Shown piece by piece: positions 10,165 through 21,653 of a stretch of DNA of 64,000 nt. The notes under the pieces were generated by a model. That model searched no databases. It was not told the origin of the DNA and saw only the letters and a list, made by a program, of their open reading frames with translations. Position 1 is the first letter of the stretch; every line of letters begins with the position of its first letter. This DNA is from Tetramitus jugosus (lineage: Eukaryota > Protista > Heterolobosea), in NCBI GenBank assembly GCA_937625935.1, contig OW569379.1, positions 310,001-374,000 on the forward strand. Direction: 5' to 3'. The position numbers and the translations under genes were made by a program.

Positions 10165-13100
10165 ATGAAATCAAGAGGTGGTGGTGCGAGCAAACATTCT
10201 CATCGCAGAACCATTAGCTTTGGTTCTGTTCACTTCTCCACCTTTGAAGACCCACAAGACTCACCACGAACAGTTGAAGAAGAACAACGACAACAACCTA
10301 TCAATGAGAGGAGCACTGCGAATAATGAAATCACAACTCTCAATCATTCAAATTCTTCAGAGGACATTGCGAATCGTGCCCACGTAACACCATCATCCCC
10401 ATCGAACACACATCACAGTGAAGCAGCATCAAGCAGTATGAACATGAATCATAGCAATCATAACAATCATAGTATTCATAGCAATGGTGGTGGTGGTGGT
10501 GGTGGTGGTGGTAGTGGTAGTCGAATTCGTCACAGTATGAGCAGCTATTCCATCAGTAGCAGCAGTAGTGGTAACAATCGAAGTTCATTGAGATTGAATC
10601 CTTCTTCATCGTTCCATCACATTCCAAGTATTAATGGTATCAATAGTCTGTCTAGTCTAACGAATAGCACTAGTGCTCTCAATAGTAGTCGAGGCCATCC
10701 TACTGCTAGTCTAATGAGTCGTAGTATGAGTGGTAGCTTTGATAATTTGAGTGGTTTGAGAAGTGCGAGAAGACATACGATGACAAAGCAAGAGGAATTG
10801 AAACTGAGGAATGAAATGAATATGAGACGTGAGAACTTTGAGAGTGTTGATTTCTTTTCGACGATACAAGATGATGGATCCGATGATGACGATGACGATG
10901 ATTCCTCAAAGAGTGATGAAGAAAACGACGACGAAGATGATGACGATGACGACAATGATGCAAGTGATGTGAACAAAGAGGATGAACTTGCTGATGAAGA
11001 AGGCCATGCTCATCCATCATCTCATGATGGATCAGGAAACACAGGAAATGACACTAACAACACTTTTGCAAAATTACCATCAATTAAGCTTCATTTGGAT
11101 GCAAGTGACCCTGAAACCAGTGCATCATTGAGCGGAGCTGATGTGAATCCTCAATCGTCGATAAAGAGGCAAAATGAGAGACCATTGAAGCTGTCTGGAA
11201 AGAGACCATCCAGCTTAAAGTTGCATGCACGTTCTCCGACCATGGACTCTCTAGGAAGTCCTATCGGTGGCTCAAGTACCGACATTAATATGGATGAAAC
11301 ACAAGACGCTCTTTCATTTGCAAACTTGAACAAACATAGAAAGACGATTTGGAAGCGAACAAAGAGGATTTTATCAATTGTTTTTTATCCTGTGCGCAAA
11401 GTGCTGACTATTGAAGTGAGGGCAGTTATATTTCTCGCTATTCTGGGGGTTCTCGGTGCTCTAGCTAATTTATTCACTGATATTATGATCACAAAGTTAG
11501 AGGTGGCCCGAACCAATCTAGCCGCTCTCACTCCGTCCTTTGCTGGTAACTATACGCTGAGCATTATTTATTCTATTTGTTTGGCATTCTTGGCAGCAGC
11601 ATGTACCCAATTTATTAGTCCATTTTCTGGTGGTTCTGGAATTCCAGAGATGAAGAGTATATTGTCTGGCAATTCCATGGAGCGATACCTCAGCTTTCAA
11701 ACACTTGTTGCAAAGTTATTGGGTATTATCGCGTCTGTGGCTAGTGGGCTAAGCATTGGTCGCCTCGGACCGTTCGTCCACATTAGTTCATGCATTGCAA
11801 ATCAATTAATGAACATTAAGTTTTTTAGAAAATTGAAGAGAGCCGAATCTGAGCGAAGTGGCTTGCTTGCTGCTGCTTGTGCATCCGGGGTTGCAACTGC
11901 TTTTGGAGCACCTTTTGGGGGCGTTCTTTTTAGCATAGAGGTAACTTCTACATTCTATCCAGTGAAAAATTTATCAAGGTATGTCATTTCTCGAGTCTCA
12001 CTCTGTTACTCGATCAAAATATTTGTTACTGATTTTTATTCTAATGTAGGTGTATCTTCTGTACTTTGTTTGGATCTCTTGCTTTCTATGTGTGGAGAAA
12101 GCTTGGCCTAGTCGGAAGCACAGACTCATATCTATTCTCAACAGATTTTGGAGTCTTCTCATACAAGATTGATGAAATCTTTTTGTTTGTGATCGTGGGT
12201 GTCATTTGTGGTCTTCTGGGCGCCTTCTTCAATTTTATGCTGTCATGGATGATTGAATTCAGAATGGGTTTGAACTTGGTACGAGCTCGTCGATACTTAT
12301 TGATTGCAAGTGTGGCTATTATAACAACGACAATAGCCTTCCCTCTTGACCCTTTGCTGAGAAAGTCTTCCAATACTGTTGTGAATATTCTATTCAGTAG
12401 AGAGCCACTGAACGTTGTTCTCCCTATTCCGCAGCTCTTTATCATGATTGTTGCGAAATATATCCTAACAACTCTTGCTCTCATTCTGCCTCTGCCTTGT
12501 GGAGTGTTCGCACCGGTGTTTACAATTGGTGCAGCAGTGGGAAGATTATTTGGAGAGGTTGTCAAAGTTTTCTATGGAAGCAGGTTCAGCTATATTGTGC
12601 CTGCATACTATTCAGTGGTGGGTGCCTCATCATTGGCATCAGGAGTCACTAGATCCCTATCAACGATTGTTATTGTGTTCGAACTGACAGGACAATTCTC
12701 GCTGATGATCCCAGTGATGATTTCGAGCATCGTGGCTGTTGGTATCGCAAACTTTTTCAATGAATGCCTCTACGACCGATTGATGATGCTTCGTGGCTTG
12801 CCATACTTGACCGAATTGAAAAATGTTGAATCTCACAAGATGAAAGCAAGTGAAATTATGAGAACAGATTTATGTTATGTGACAACCGATCTGGATCCGG
12901 TTGCAGTTAAACAAACTATTGAGTTGAACACACACACCATATTTCCTGTGGTGGATGACCATGCATCTATGACACTTGTTGGGTCTGTATCCAGAGCACA
13001 ACTGGAAGAATTTTTAAAGACTGTTCATGCATATTCGAATCTCAAAAACAAAACAGACAAGAAAAAGAAAGAGAAACTCAAGGCAAATTCTCAGAAGAAA

Positions 13101-13523
13101 AAAATCCAATATTCAATGGATGCTCTTCGTCAAGAAATCCAACAGCTCCGACATGTTGCTGGTGTAAAAACGACAGCCAAGAGCTGGTTAACACCTCGGC
13201 CACCTGTCTCACAGCTTAATGTAGTGGATGAGGAAGCAACAGCGATTGAAGAAGATGCACCCCTTGTGAACATTGGATCCTATAGTGCTCCTCTCAATTC
13301 AGATCCCATCCTCGTCTACAAGTATCCTAGCACTGATCAGAAGGCTTCTCGTGAGTTCTATATTCAGTTCGACTCGTCTCCCTTGACTATCTCCATATTT
13401 ACTCCCCTTACAAAGCTTCATTTCCTCTTTGCAACTCTTCGTCCCTCGCATATATGGGTCATCGCTGGAGGAAAACTAGTGGGTGTTGTAGCCAAGAAGG
13501 ATATGATCGATGCAAAGCTTTGA
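10165..13523 (+). CDS. CLC chloride channel (ClC-1/2/K-like) with two CBS domains; intron 11979-12049
   Basis: GSGIPEMK, GRLGPFVH, FGAPFGGVLFSIEV, GVFAP, LYD and a CBS pair. A GTATGT...CTAATGTAG intron joins the two ORF-track ORFs in frame. ATG at 10165 (MKSRGG) is preferred over 9958. Confidence 0.93.
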
Positions 13524-13858
13524 GCGGTTGCTTGATTATCCTGTATCGTAAAACGGAGCCGTTCCGACTTTTGTACCATTTGACTGATGACATCCATTAT
13601 CGAGAGGATAAATATAAAATTGAGTTAGTCGCCCAACAAAAAAAACTAAAAAACTTCGTCAACAGATAATTAGCTTGTGGTTTGGTCCTTAGCCACTGCC
13701 CCTTTGCAACAAAAATGCTCTCCGTCTGATAATAACAACTGGCATAATCATCTCCGTTCGTCCTATTTAAAGAGAATATTATCATTCCTTGTTCACAACA
13801 AACAACAAACTCATACGCGACTTAGTACTCTTAATCTGTGTGTAATAGTGAGCCCACT

Positions 13859-16306
13859 ATGAACGTATATAAAACCCCATCCCCTCAACCGATAGCTTCT
13901 GTAGTTCTTCAGAATTACCAACAGCCCCAACCTCCTCAATTGCCACCCATGATGCAACCGGAATCAGTCCCACTTGCTCAACAACCATCACAGCAGAATC
14001 CTCCCCAGCAACAAGAAGTTCAAGAAAACCCTACCAACGTGGTCCTTGGTGTTTACTTAGACAAAGAAAACAAGAGAGTGATGAAGCAAATGGATGATGG
14101 TTCTCAGTTGTACATTGGTCTTGACCAAGCTCACTTGCAAGTGGCAAATACATTGATGAACGGGCAAGTACCAAGCAACCAGAACATTACACAAACTTTC
14201 GATGAATGGAAGCGTGTAATGGACCGACACTCGGCTCAATTGTCTGAAAGGGGTGTAGGAATGGTCAATGATGTCAAGATTTTGCTTGACAGTGTAAATA
14301 AGGCTGTTGTTTCCAAGAACAAGGATGACATGTTCCAAAAACTTGTGAATAATGTGAATACAAACAGAAAACAGTCCGTGTTACTGCAAACTGTCAAAGA
14401 CAACAACAAGGGAAAGATACAGAGAATGAAACAAAGATTAAGAAGGAGTAAGATGTCGCAAACTGATCCTAATCAACCCCCTGTTGAAGATGAACTAAAG
14501 AAAAAGTTACAGACAGAGTCTTCTGAATTCCTTCAAGATATTCAATCAATGGTTCTGTTTGTTATCAAATCAAAGGAGTTTAGACGTTTGATAATTGATA
14601 CTGTTATTTTGCTCCAGTCAATGGCAAGAAGATTTGATCGTCAATACGGAGATCAAATCACTGAATCAATTTCAAAAGACTTAATGAAGCCTAGTGAGTC
14701 ATCTACCAGCACTGCCGATGATAGAATAGTAAACCCGACCATGAATAACTCTGCTGTCAAGGACTTGAGTCATCAAATATTGAGTGCACCCAAAAATTCA
14801 CTTATTGACGAACAAGAGATGAAAAAGATGGAAGAGTTGTTAAAGGCCATTGTAGAAACTCTTACAAAGAAGCCTGAATACCTTCGAATGATGAGAAAGC
14901 TGTTCTCCTTGTATGATAAGGTAGAGATGACAGTTAAGAAGCAATCCACAGAGTTGAAAACCACGTATGAACCTACCATCCAACAAGAATCCCAAGATTC
15001 TCAAAAAATGTTGGCTGACATGTACGTGATGATAGGTCAATTCTCTGGTCACCAAGAACTCACTCAACTCCGTTCAAAGGTCTATGAGCTTTATACGATG
15101 TTCTCCAAGGATGAATTGGCAAAGAACTACTTGAAGGAATTGAGAAACTTCTTGATTAACTGTGGTGAGAATCCTTCCGTTAAACCAGATGAAAGGCAAG
15201 AACAAATCAAGAAATTGATTCTCGATGGAAGAGCTGCCTTCAATTCTGAAAGAGAAGTGTATCAGAATCATTTTAAAGAACTTCGAATCATTCTAAAGAG
15301 TATGATGAAGTATATGAAGAATGATCCAGATAGGAAAGATATTTCTGACAAGTTTGGGTCATTGGTCAAGCACATGATCATGGATGATTCTGGCAAACCT
15401 GACCTATTCAGAGCACAAGAGTCCGTTCAACAAATGAAAATGCTGATGAGTTCGTTGTTGAATGAACAGCTCAAGAGTTTGCCTCTTCCCTACATCCAAT
15501 ACAATGCTTCAAAGTTTTCTGCTTCCTTCAGCAGCATGTCTTTGAATGCTAGTGGAATAATGCCTGAACATTTCAATGTTCGTACGACTAGTAAGTTGGA
15601 TATGGCTCCAACAACTCCGTCAGCTAATTCTTTTGTTCACCTCATGCAACTTGAGGTTGATCGAGTGAAACTTGACGTAAACAATGCCTACTATCAGATA
15701 CAACACAAGAAGTTTGCATCTTTGAAAGATAGTGGTATCGTTGATGTGTCCATCACGGGACAGAAAGGACTTTCGTTAACTGTTGGTTTCAAGATGACTG
15801 TAACTGGCTCTACTGTGCGTGCGGAGGTTAGAACGGCCAAGTGCAGCATTGACAAACTTCGATTCAACTTTAAGCGAGCAGAGCATAAAGTGTTGGACAA
15901 GATGGCTACTAAATTATTCAGTGGTTTGATCAAGAGAAAGATTTGTGATGCCATTAGTGAAAAATTAAGGGAGGCCCTTCAAGTTGTATGCACCAAGTTA
16001 AATGAGGCAGCTGCAAAGAGAGAAGCTCGATTGAATCAAGAACTCTCGACAAGGCCTCAGATGGTGGCTGAAATGATGAATCAAAAGATGAAGATTGTTT
16101 ATGACCAAACAAAGGATCTGACTTTGCATGACGTCACAACCAAGTTGAAGAACACTGTTAAAGAAAGAAGAGAATTGGTACAAGGTAAATTGCAAAACTT
16201 GGCCACACTGGATTCAAGCGAACTAGTTGAAAATCAACAACACGAAAAGGAGTTAGTGGTGATAGTGTCCACTGAGCCAATCACCATAGTCGAAAAAACA
16301 GCTTAA
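13859..16306 (+). CDS. HAM1-like / DUF4449-type protein (helical region plus TULIP-like beta C-terminus)
   Basis: 815-aa intronless ORF. LPLPYIQY...GIMPEHFNV and DSGIVDVSI...AKCSIDKLRFNF...IKRKICDAI resemble fungal/amoebal HAM1-like proteins (from memory, not searched). Confidence 0.55.
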   Translation: MNVYKTPSPQPIASVVLQNYQQPQPPQLPPMMQPESVPLAQQPSQQNPPQQQEVQENPTNVVLGVYLDKENKRVMKQMDDGSQLYIGLDQAHLQVANTLMNGQVPSNQNITQTFDEWKRVMDRHSAQLSERGVGMVNDVKILLDSVNKAVVSKNKDDMFQKLVNNVNTNRKQSVLLQTVKDNNKGKIQRMKQRLRRSKMSQTDPNQPPVEDELKKKLQTESSEFLQDIQSMVLFVIKSKEFRRLIIDTVILLQSMARRFDRQYGDQITESISKDLMKPSESSTSTADDRIVNPTMNNSAVKDLSHQILSAPKNSLIDEQEMKKMEELLKAIVETLTKKPEYLRMMRKLFSLYDKVEMTVKKQSTELKTTYEPTIQQESQDSQKMLADMYVMIGQFSGHQELTQLRSKVYELYTMFSKDELAKNYLKELRNFLINCGENPSVKPDERQEQIKKLILDGRAAFNSEREVYQNHFKELRIILKSMMKYMKNDPDRKDISDKFGSLVKHMIMDDSGKPDLFRAQESVQQMKMLMSSLLNEQLKSLPLPYIQYNASKFSASFSSMSLNASGIMPEHFNVRTTSKLDMAPTTPSANSFVHLMQLEVDRVKLDVNNAYYQIQHKKFASLKDSGIVDVSITGQKGLSLTVGFKMTVTGSTVRAEVRTAKCSIDKLRFNFKRAEHKVLDKMATKLFSGLIKRKICDAISEKLREALQVVCTKLNEAAAKREARLNQELSTRPQMVAEMMNQKMKIVYDQTKDLTLHDVTTKLKNTVKERRELVQGKLQNLATLDSSELVENQQHEKELVVIVSTEPITIVEKTA

Positions 16307-16398
16307 GAATTAAAAAAATCATTCATTCATCTGTGTTTTTTGGATCAAGATCTTGACATCCCATCAAATGTGTGTAATAGGGAAAACTCGTCAAAACG

Positions 16399-16471
16399 TA
16401 CGCCATATGGGAGTCGAACCCATGACCCCTGGATCCGAAGTCCAGTGCTCTATCCACTGAGCTAAAGGCGC
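16399..16471 (-). tRNA. tRNA-Arg (anticodon UCG)
   Basis: GCGCCTTTAGCTCAGTGGATAGAGCACTGGACTTCGGATCCAGGGGTCATGGGTTCGACTCCCATATGGCGTA: cloverleaf, A and B boxes, TTTT terminator just downstream. Acceptor stem has G1-U72 and a U-U mismatch. Confidence 0.93.
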
Positions 16472-16515
16472 TGTGCACAAATACAATGACTCATAACTAT
16501 TCGTGTCCAAATTTT

Positions 16516-16768
16516 TTTCGTATTCCAAATGGCAAGATGGAAAAGCGTCCTTTGCGATGGGCGCGTCGAGGGTATGATGGACATAGAAACAAATACCATC
16601 GAAGATGTCACCAACGGACTGATGGTAGCGATTGGGATCAAAACAGCAGAAGCCGGTAAGAAAGCAAGAAACTATGTGAATGGGGTGAAACGGAGATGTC
16701 TCACGACGAAGAGCGATGGCTGATGAAAATGTATTGATGATAAAGCGAGCAACCCCAATGGTTGTATG
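16516..16768 (+). mobile_element. Decayed 3' fragment (copy D) of putative tRNA-targeting retroelement
   Basis: Peptide GIKTAEAGKKARNYVNGVK is homologous to copy C at 60663-60719. Ends in ATAAAG..GCAAC..GTTGTATG like copy A. 5' boundary is approximate. Confidence 0.65.
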
Positions 16769-16925
16769 TCGAGTGATATTCGCAGGTATGTTGGGGAAGG
16801 AAGGAGACACAAGAGAGGATATCACTACGGCACTCCAACGGTCGGGATGCAAGCCAAAAGACGCAGATGTTCGTCTTCAAACAAGTAAACATATTGCTCT
16901 AATAGCCAATTCCATCAACCTCGCC
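16769..16925 (+). mobile_element. Second decayed fragment (copy E) of the same element family
   Basis: GMLGKEGDTREDITTAL aligns ungapped with GMMDIETNTIEDVTNGL of copy D (8/17 identical), followed by GxKxxxA. 3' boundary is approximate. Confidence 0.55.
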
Positions 16926-16928
16926 GCA

Positions 16929-19900
16929 TCACACGCACCTCTTCTTTATTGAGTCCAACTCTGTTGTCAGTTCTTCAAATGATGGTCTTTTGGTAGTATC
17001 CGCATCCCAACACCGTGTGACAAGACTGTAAAAACCTTGTACAATAACGGGAATATCAGAAAGAGGCATGTTAGTTGTGTTGCTCTGTAAGAAGAAGTCC
17101 GTAGGTACTTGAGAGTCATGTGATGCAGTATTGAATGGATCAAACCGGAGAGGAGGTCTCAATCCTTTCACTATATCCAATCCAAGTGTGAATATTGACG
17201 AGTAGGCATGTTGTGAATAAGGAGGTGCCATTATAAACATTTCGTGCATAATAATGCCAAAACTGTAAATATCAACCTTTTCATCATGTTCTCGATGTGC
17301 CAAGAGCTCTGGAGCACAGTACTCTATTGTTCCATACGATCTTCCCTGAGTAAATGCGGAATCAGTGATCTTACTCAATCCAAAATCACATATTCTGACA
17401 TGATAGTTATCGCCCAACAAAATATTTTGGGGTTTCAAGTCCCTGTGGACAATCCTCGGACTCCTTTCATGTAAATAGGTCATTGTGTCAGCTATCTGAC
17501 ATAAAACATTCATTTTTTGATCAAATGCTTTGAGTGATGGGTTGTCTTTGTGAAGTAGTTTGTCTAAACTTCCGTTCACAGCATACTCGGTGATCAAAAA
17601 TTTGTCTCCACTGTCATTTGAGGAATAGCCAAACAAGTAGAGGATATTAGGATGGCGTAAACTCTGTAAAATTGAAACTTCCTTGATAAATGATTCGTAG
17701 CTACTTTCATCTTCTTCACGGCTACCAAGTTACTCTTCCACTCTCCCTTGAATACAACTCCAAATGCTCCTTCGGAAATACGACTGACCAGTTTAATTTT
17801 TTTCATGTCAATGTAAAAATCTCCCCTTTCAATATTATCATCATCACCGTATTCACCCATTTCTTCCAATAAACATGCTTTAAGTTCGGACTTCATATGT
17901 GCTTCCCTTCTGGCCCTTCTGATTTGTAATCCTACCACAATAATGATAATAATGAGAGATATAAACAAAAAGGTACCCAAAATCAAAAATATATATAGAG
18001 GTATCAAGTTTGAAGCGCATGTTTCGCCATGGTATCCATGGTTACAAATACACTTGTTAGGACGTTGACACATTCCATGTGATGAACAAACAGTTGTGTC
18101 AGTGCTCGAATGTCCATTGCAGATGGGATAGGAACAGTTTATACCAGTGTATCCGTCGTTGCATTTACACGTATCTAAATCAACACATATCCCATTTCCT
18201 GAACAAATTCTTCTCTCATCCTTGGATTCCACACCATAGCATCCGAAAAGCTCGCAATCCTGACCATAGTACCCTCTCTCGCACACTACTCCAAGGAATC
18301 CCATTGTATTCGCACCAATGAATAAACTAGTGATGCTATACTCAGAATCTACATTACTGGTCCTGACCCAAGTTGAATAGTTACCTCGAAAATCCCAATA
18401 CCCTAATTGTCCATCTTTGGTTAAAGTCATCATAAAACTATCATTCACAACGAATTCAGATACTTCTTTCCCATTCAACAACCCATTCATGCTCAATCTT
18501 ACAGGTCGATTCTCAGATGGTATCGTAACACCAAAATCACTTAAACCCCAAGAATATATCTGATTGTTACTTGCCAAAACTGTTGTGTGACTAGCTCCTG
18601 CAGTCATGTGAGTTATGTGAATATCTTTCAAAATGTCATTCTTTTCTACTTCGTATGGAAATGATCTATAATCGTATTCGTCAATCTTAAGCATGCCACA
18701 TATGTCGTAACCCCATGTATATAGTGTCCCGTCGTCTGTCAACGCTACTGTGTGGCGAGAACCTGCTGCAACTTGTACTACCTTCCTATCTTTCAACCGT
18801 CCCTTCATGACGACAGAAACTGGAACCTTTCTGTTTTGAGTTGTTTCATCCCCCAGAAGACCACCGGTATTGTATCCCCAAGAGTACATCCTACCATCTG
18901 CGATCGAAACAACGTGCCATCTTCCTGCGACAATTTTAGTATTTGTCTGACCACTCAGCGGGCATCCATGAAAACAGCCACAGGCTGAAGTCTGCTCAGA
19001 AATGAACCATCTCCAAGCTGGCCTTGCTCGTTGTACCCCCAAGAATACATAGTCCCATCATCGGCTCTTGCAACAGTAAAAAGGGCTCCTAGAGTAACTT
19101 GGGTAATGGCCCTGTCTTTCAAAACACCACTCACCTCAACAGTCACTGGAAATCGTTTGATGATCACTGTCCCGTCTCCAACTTCTCCTTCAACATTTGT
19201 CCCCCAAGAGTAAACCTTTCCATCGTCCGTCAAAGCAACAAAGTGTTCGACAATGTTTTCTTGCCTTACTACTCTTGCTAATATTTTGGTAATCGTTTTA
19301 CCACTCAATGCACCGGTCATACCAATTGCCACAGCATTTGAAGTGTCTTCAAATTTTCCATTCCCTAACTGCCCTTCTTCATTTTTTCCCCATGAATAAC
19401 TCTTGCCGCTCCGAGTAAGTATCATAATATGATCTCCACCGGCCACAATCTGAGTAATTGAATCATGAAATTCGATATTTTTCTCAAGAAGAGAAGGATA
19501 GTAGTGATTTTTGAGTGTACCATCAAGCTGACCGTGCTGGTTTTTACCCCAACCATACAACAGACCATCACTCGTCAAAGCCAGAGTATGATATCCTCCA
19601 GCAGCAATTTGCACGACAATTTTTCCAGATAATTGACCACTCATGTCGACTTCAACCGGCTCCAAACTCTCCTTGACCAAGGGTTCGCCATGACCAAGCT
19701 GTCCATACTCACCAGAACCAAAAGCATACATTTTGGAGTCATTTGTTAGCATCACCGTGTGAAAATATCCAACAGAAATTTGAGTGACAAAGTTTCCCTG
19801 CATCACGCTGCTGAGATTGACAGCAGTAGGAACCAGTGAATCCATTAAACCAAAGTGCGTCGAAATTATTCCCCAGAAGTAAACTGTGCCATCACTCGCT

Positions 19901-20651
19901 AGAGCCACTGAATGATAAGTACTGGCAGCAATTTGAGTAACTACCTTACCATTCAATGCGCTCATATCTACAGCAACAGGTATCATTGCTTCCTGTTTGG
20001 TTCCATCTCCCAGTTGGCCGAAAAGATTCGAACCACATGCAAAGATTCTGCCATCGCTCGTCAATAGGAGTGAATGGAGAGCACCTGCAGCAATCTGAGT
20101 AACCACTGTGCCATTCAATGCACCATTCATAACAACCAGGACAGGAGTGTTACGATTGACTTTTGACGCATCCCCTAGCTGCCCACTCTCGTTATCACCC
20201 CAGGCATACAACTTCCCATCGCTTCTCAACATCAACATGTGATCGTGACCAGACACCAATTGCACAACAGAGGAAGCATTTTCATCTCTGAAATAAATGG
20301 GAGAGGGAATTGTTCTACCAACGGAAAAGTGAGCCAAGATCTTTCCGTCTCCCATTTGGCCCACATCGTTGGCACCCCACGTGTACACAGTGCCCAAATC
20401 ATCACATGCTGCAGAATGTGACTTCCCTGCAGTTACCATCGTTAAATTGATCTCATGAAAGAATGAACTGACCAAATCAATGGCCTTGGCCTCAGGAACT
20501 GTTACCCTATTGTCACCCAGGTTCCATGAGTAAACAACAGAGGATGCAACCTTTTCCTTCTCTTGGATTCACATGTTACAATCACAACTGACAAGCATAA
20601 AAATGCAGTGAGAAATAGCAAACAACAAAATGACCTTGGTGTCACAATCAT
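16929..20651 (-). pseudogene. Signal peptide-RCC1 repeats-EGF repeats-TM-TKL kinase receptor-like gene with three 1-nt frameshifts (pseudogene or assembly errors)
   Basis: MIVTPRSFCCLLFLTAFLCLSVVIVTC at 20651; many YSWGxNxxGQLGDG RCC1 repeats; CxCxxGYxGxxC EGF repeats; TM IPLYIFLILG...; kinase GAFGVV, VAVKK, HRDLKPQN, DFG, APE. Frame breaks near 20565, 18963 and 17705 with no intron signals. Confidence 0.8.
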
Positions 20652-21065
20652 CAATGATGGTATTTGGTATTCTTCTTGCGGATGTTTTCTTCCTTGGAGG
20701 GACTAGGAAACTCCCGATTGAACACCGACATGAGTAGTTCAACTTGAAAATAATCCACTCACCCTCTGCCCAATGAAATCAATGCATATCCTCCCATTGA
20801 ACAAAGACATCAATGATGTGTATTCAAGCCACTCTTTTCTGACACTCACGGCGGTGGAATACAACACAATTTCCCGATATCCAAAATCTCTAACAAAATC
20901 CTTGTATTTTTGTCCGACATTACCGTTACACCGACAAAAATCTATGCATTTTCTCGAGTTGCTCGTTGTGTTTTTAATTCGAGTGGCCACTCTTCCACAT
21001 TGACTTCCACACACCAAAACAAACAAGAACAGGTAACCGAACACATCATACTTTATAGAACAACA

Positions 21066-21653
21066 ATGTCTGACACTGAAATCAACACATCTGTTTCCGA
21101 GGAAACCACCACAAAGAAGACTACCACCGCAAAGAAGGGAGGCAAGAAGGGCTCCAAGAAGGGAGGTGCTGCTGTCGGTGGCAGAGGACAAAGAAAGGAT
21201 GGTGCTCCAAGAGAGAAGGCAATCACAAAGTCTGCTCGTGCTGGACTTCAATTCCCAGTCGGTAGATTGGCAAGATATTTGAGAGATGGAAGATATGCTG
21301 AGAGAATTGGTGCTGGTGCCCCAGTGTACATGGCTGCTGTCTTGGAATACTTGGCTGCTGAAATTTTGGAGTTGGCCGGTAATGCTGCAAGAGACAACAA
21401 GAAGGGAAGAATCATTCCAAGACACATTCAATTGGCTATCAGAAACGACGAAGAATTGAACAAGTTGTTGTCTGATGCTATCATTGCTTCTGGTGGTGTT
21501 TTGCCAAACATTCACTCTATTCTCCTACCAGAAAAGAAGGAAGAAGGTGAAGGAAAGACCAGCACAAAGAAGGGTAAGAGTGAGAAGTCTGGAAAGAAGT
21601 CCACCAAGAAGAGTGCTCCAGAAGAAGATGCAGCAATGAGCCAAGACTACTAA
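21066..21653 (+). CDS. H2AX: Histone H2A.X with extended tails
   Basis: [12 protein letters not shown]...[26 protein letters not shown]...GGVLPNIH core; C-terminal SQDY motif. Confidence 0.93.
   Translation: MSDTEINTSVSEETTTKKTTTAKKGGKKGSKKGGAAVGGRGQRKDGAPREKAITKSARAGLQFPVGRLARYLRDGRYAERIGAGAPVYMAAVLEYLAAEILELAGNAARDNKKGRIIPRHIQLAIRNDEELNKLLSDAIIASGGVLPNIHSILLPEKKEEGEGKTSTKKGKSEKSGKKSTKKSAPEEDAAMSQDY

Noticed and set aside
16391-16852. 153-aa minus-strand ORF
   Set aside because: Runs through the tRNA-Arg gene and is antisense to the element fragments.
16529-16952. Two small ORFs read together as one frameshifted restriction-like endonuclease domain
   Set aside because: The two ORFs are homologous to each other (tandem copies of the same region), and no PD-D-K catalytic pattern is convincing.
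17690-18970. Introns or programmed frameshifts as the explanation for the kinase gene breaks
   Set aside because: Protein motifs are contiguous across each break, leaving no room for an intron, and no shared slippery sequence is visible.
20739-21515. 258-aa antisense ORF over H2A.X (also 28941..29753, 31728..32333, 41176..41787 and many shorter ones)
   Set aside because: Shadow ORFs opposite well-conserved genes with biased codon use; no recognisable motifs.
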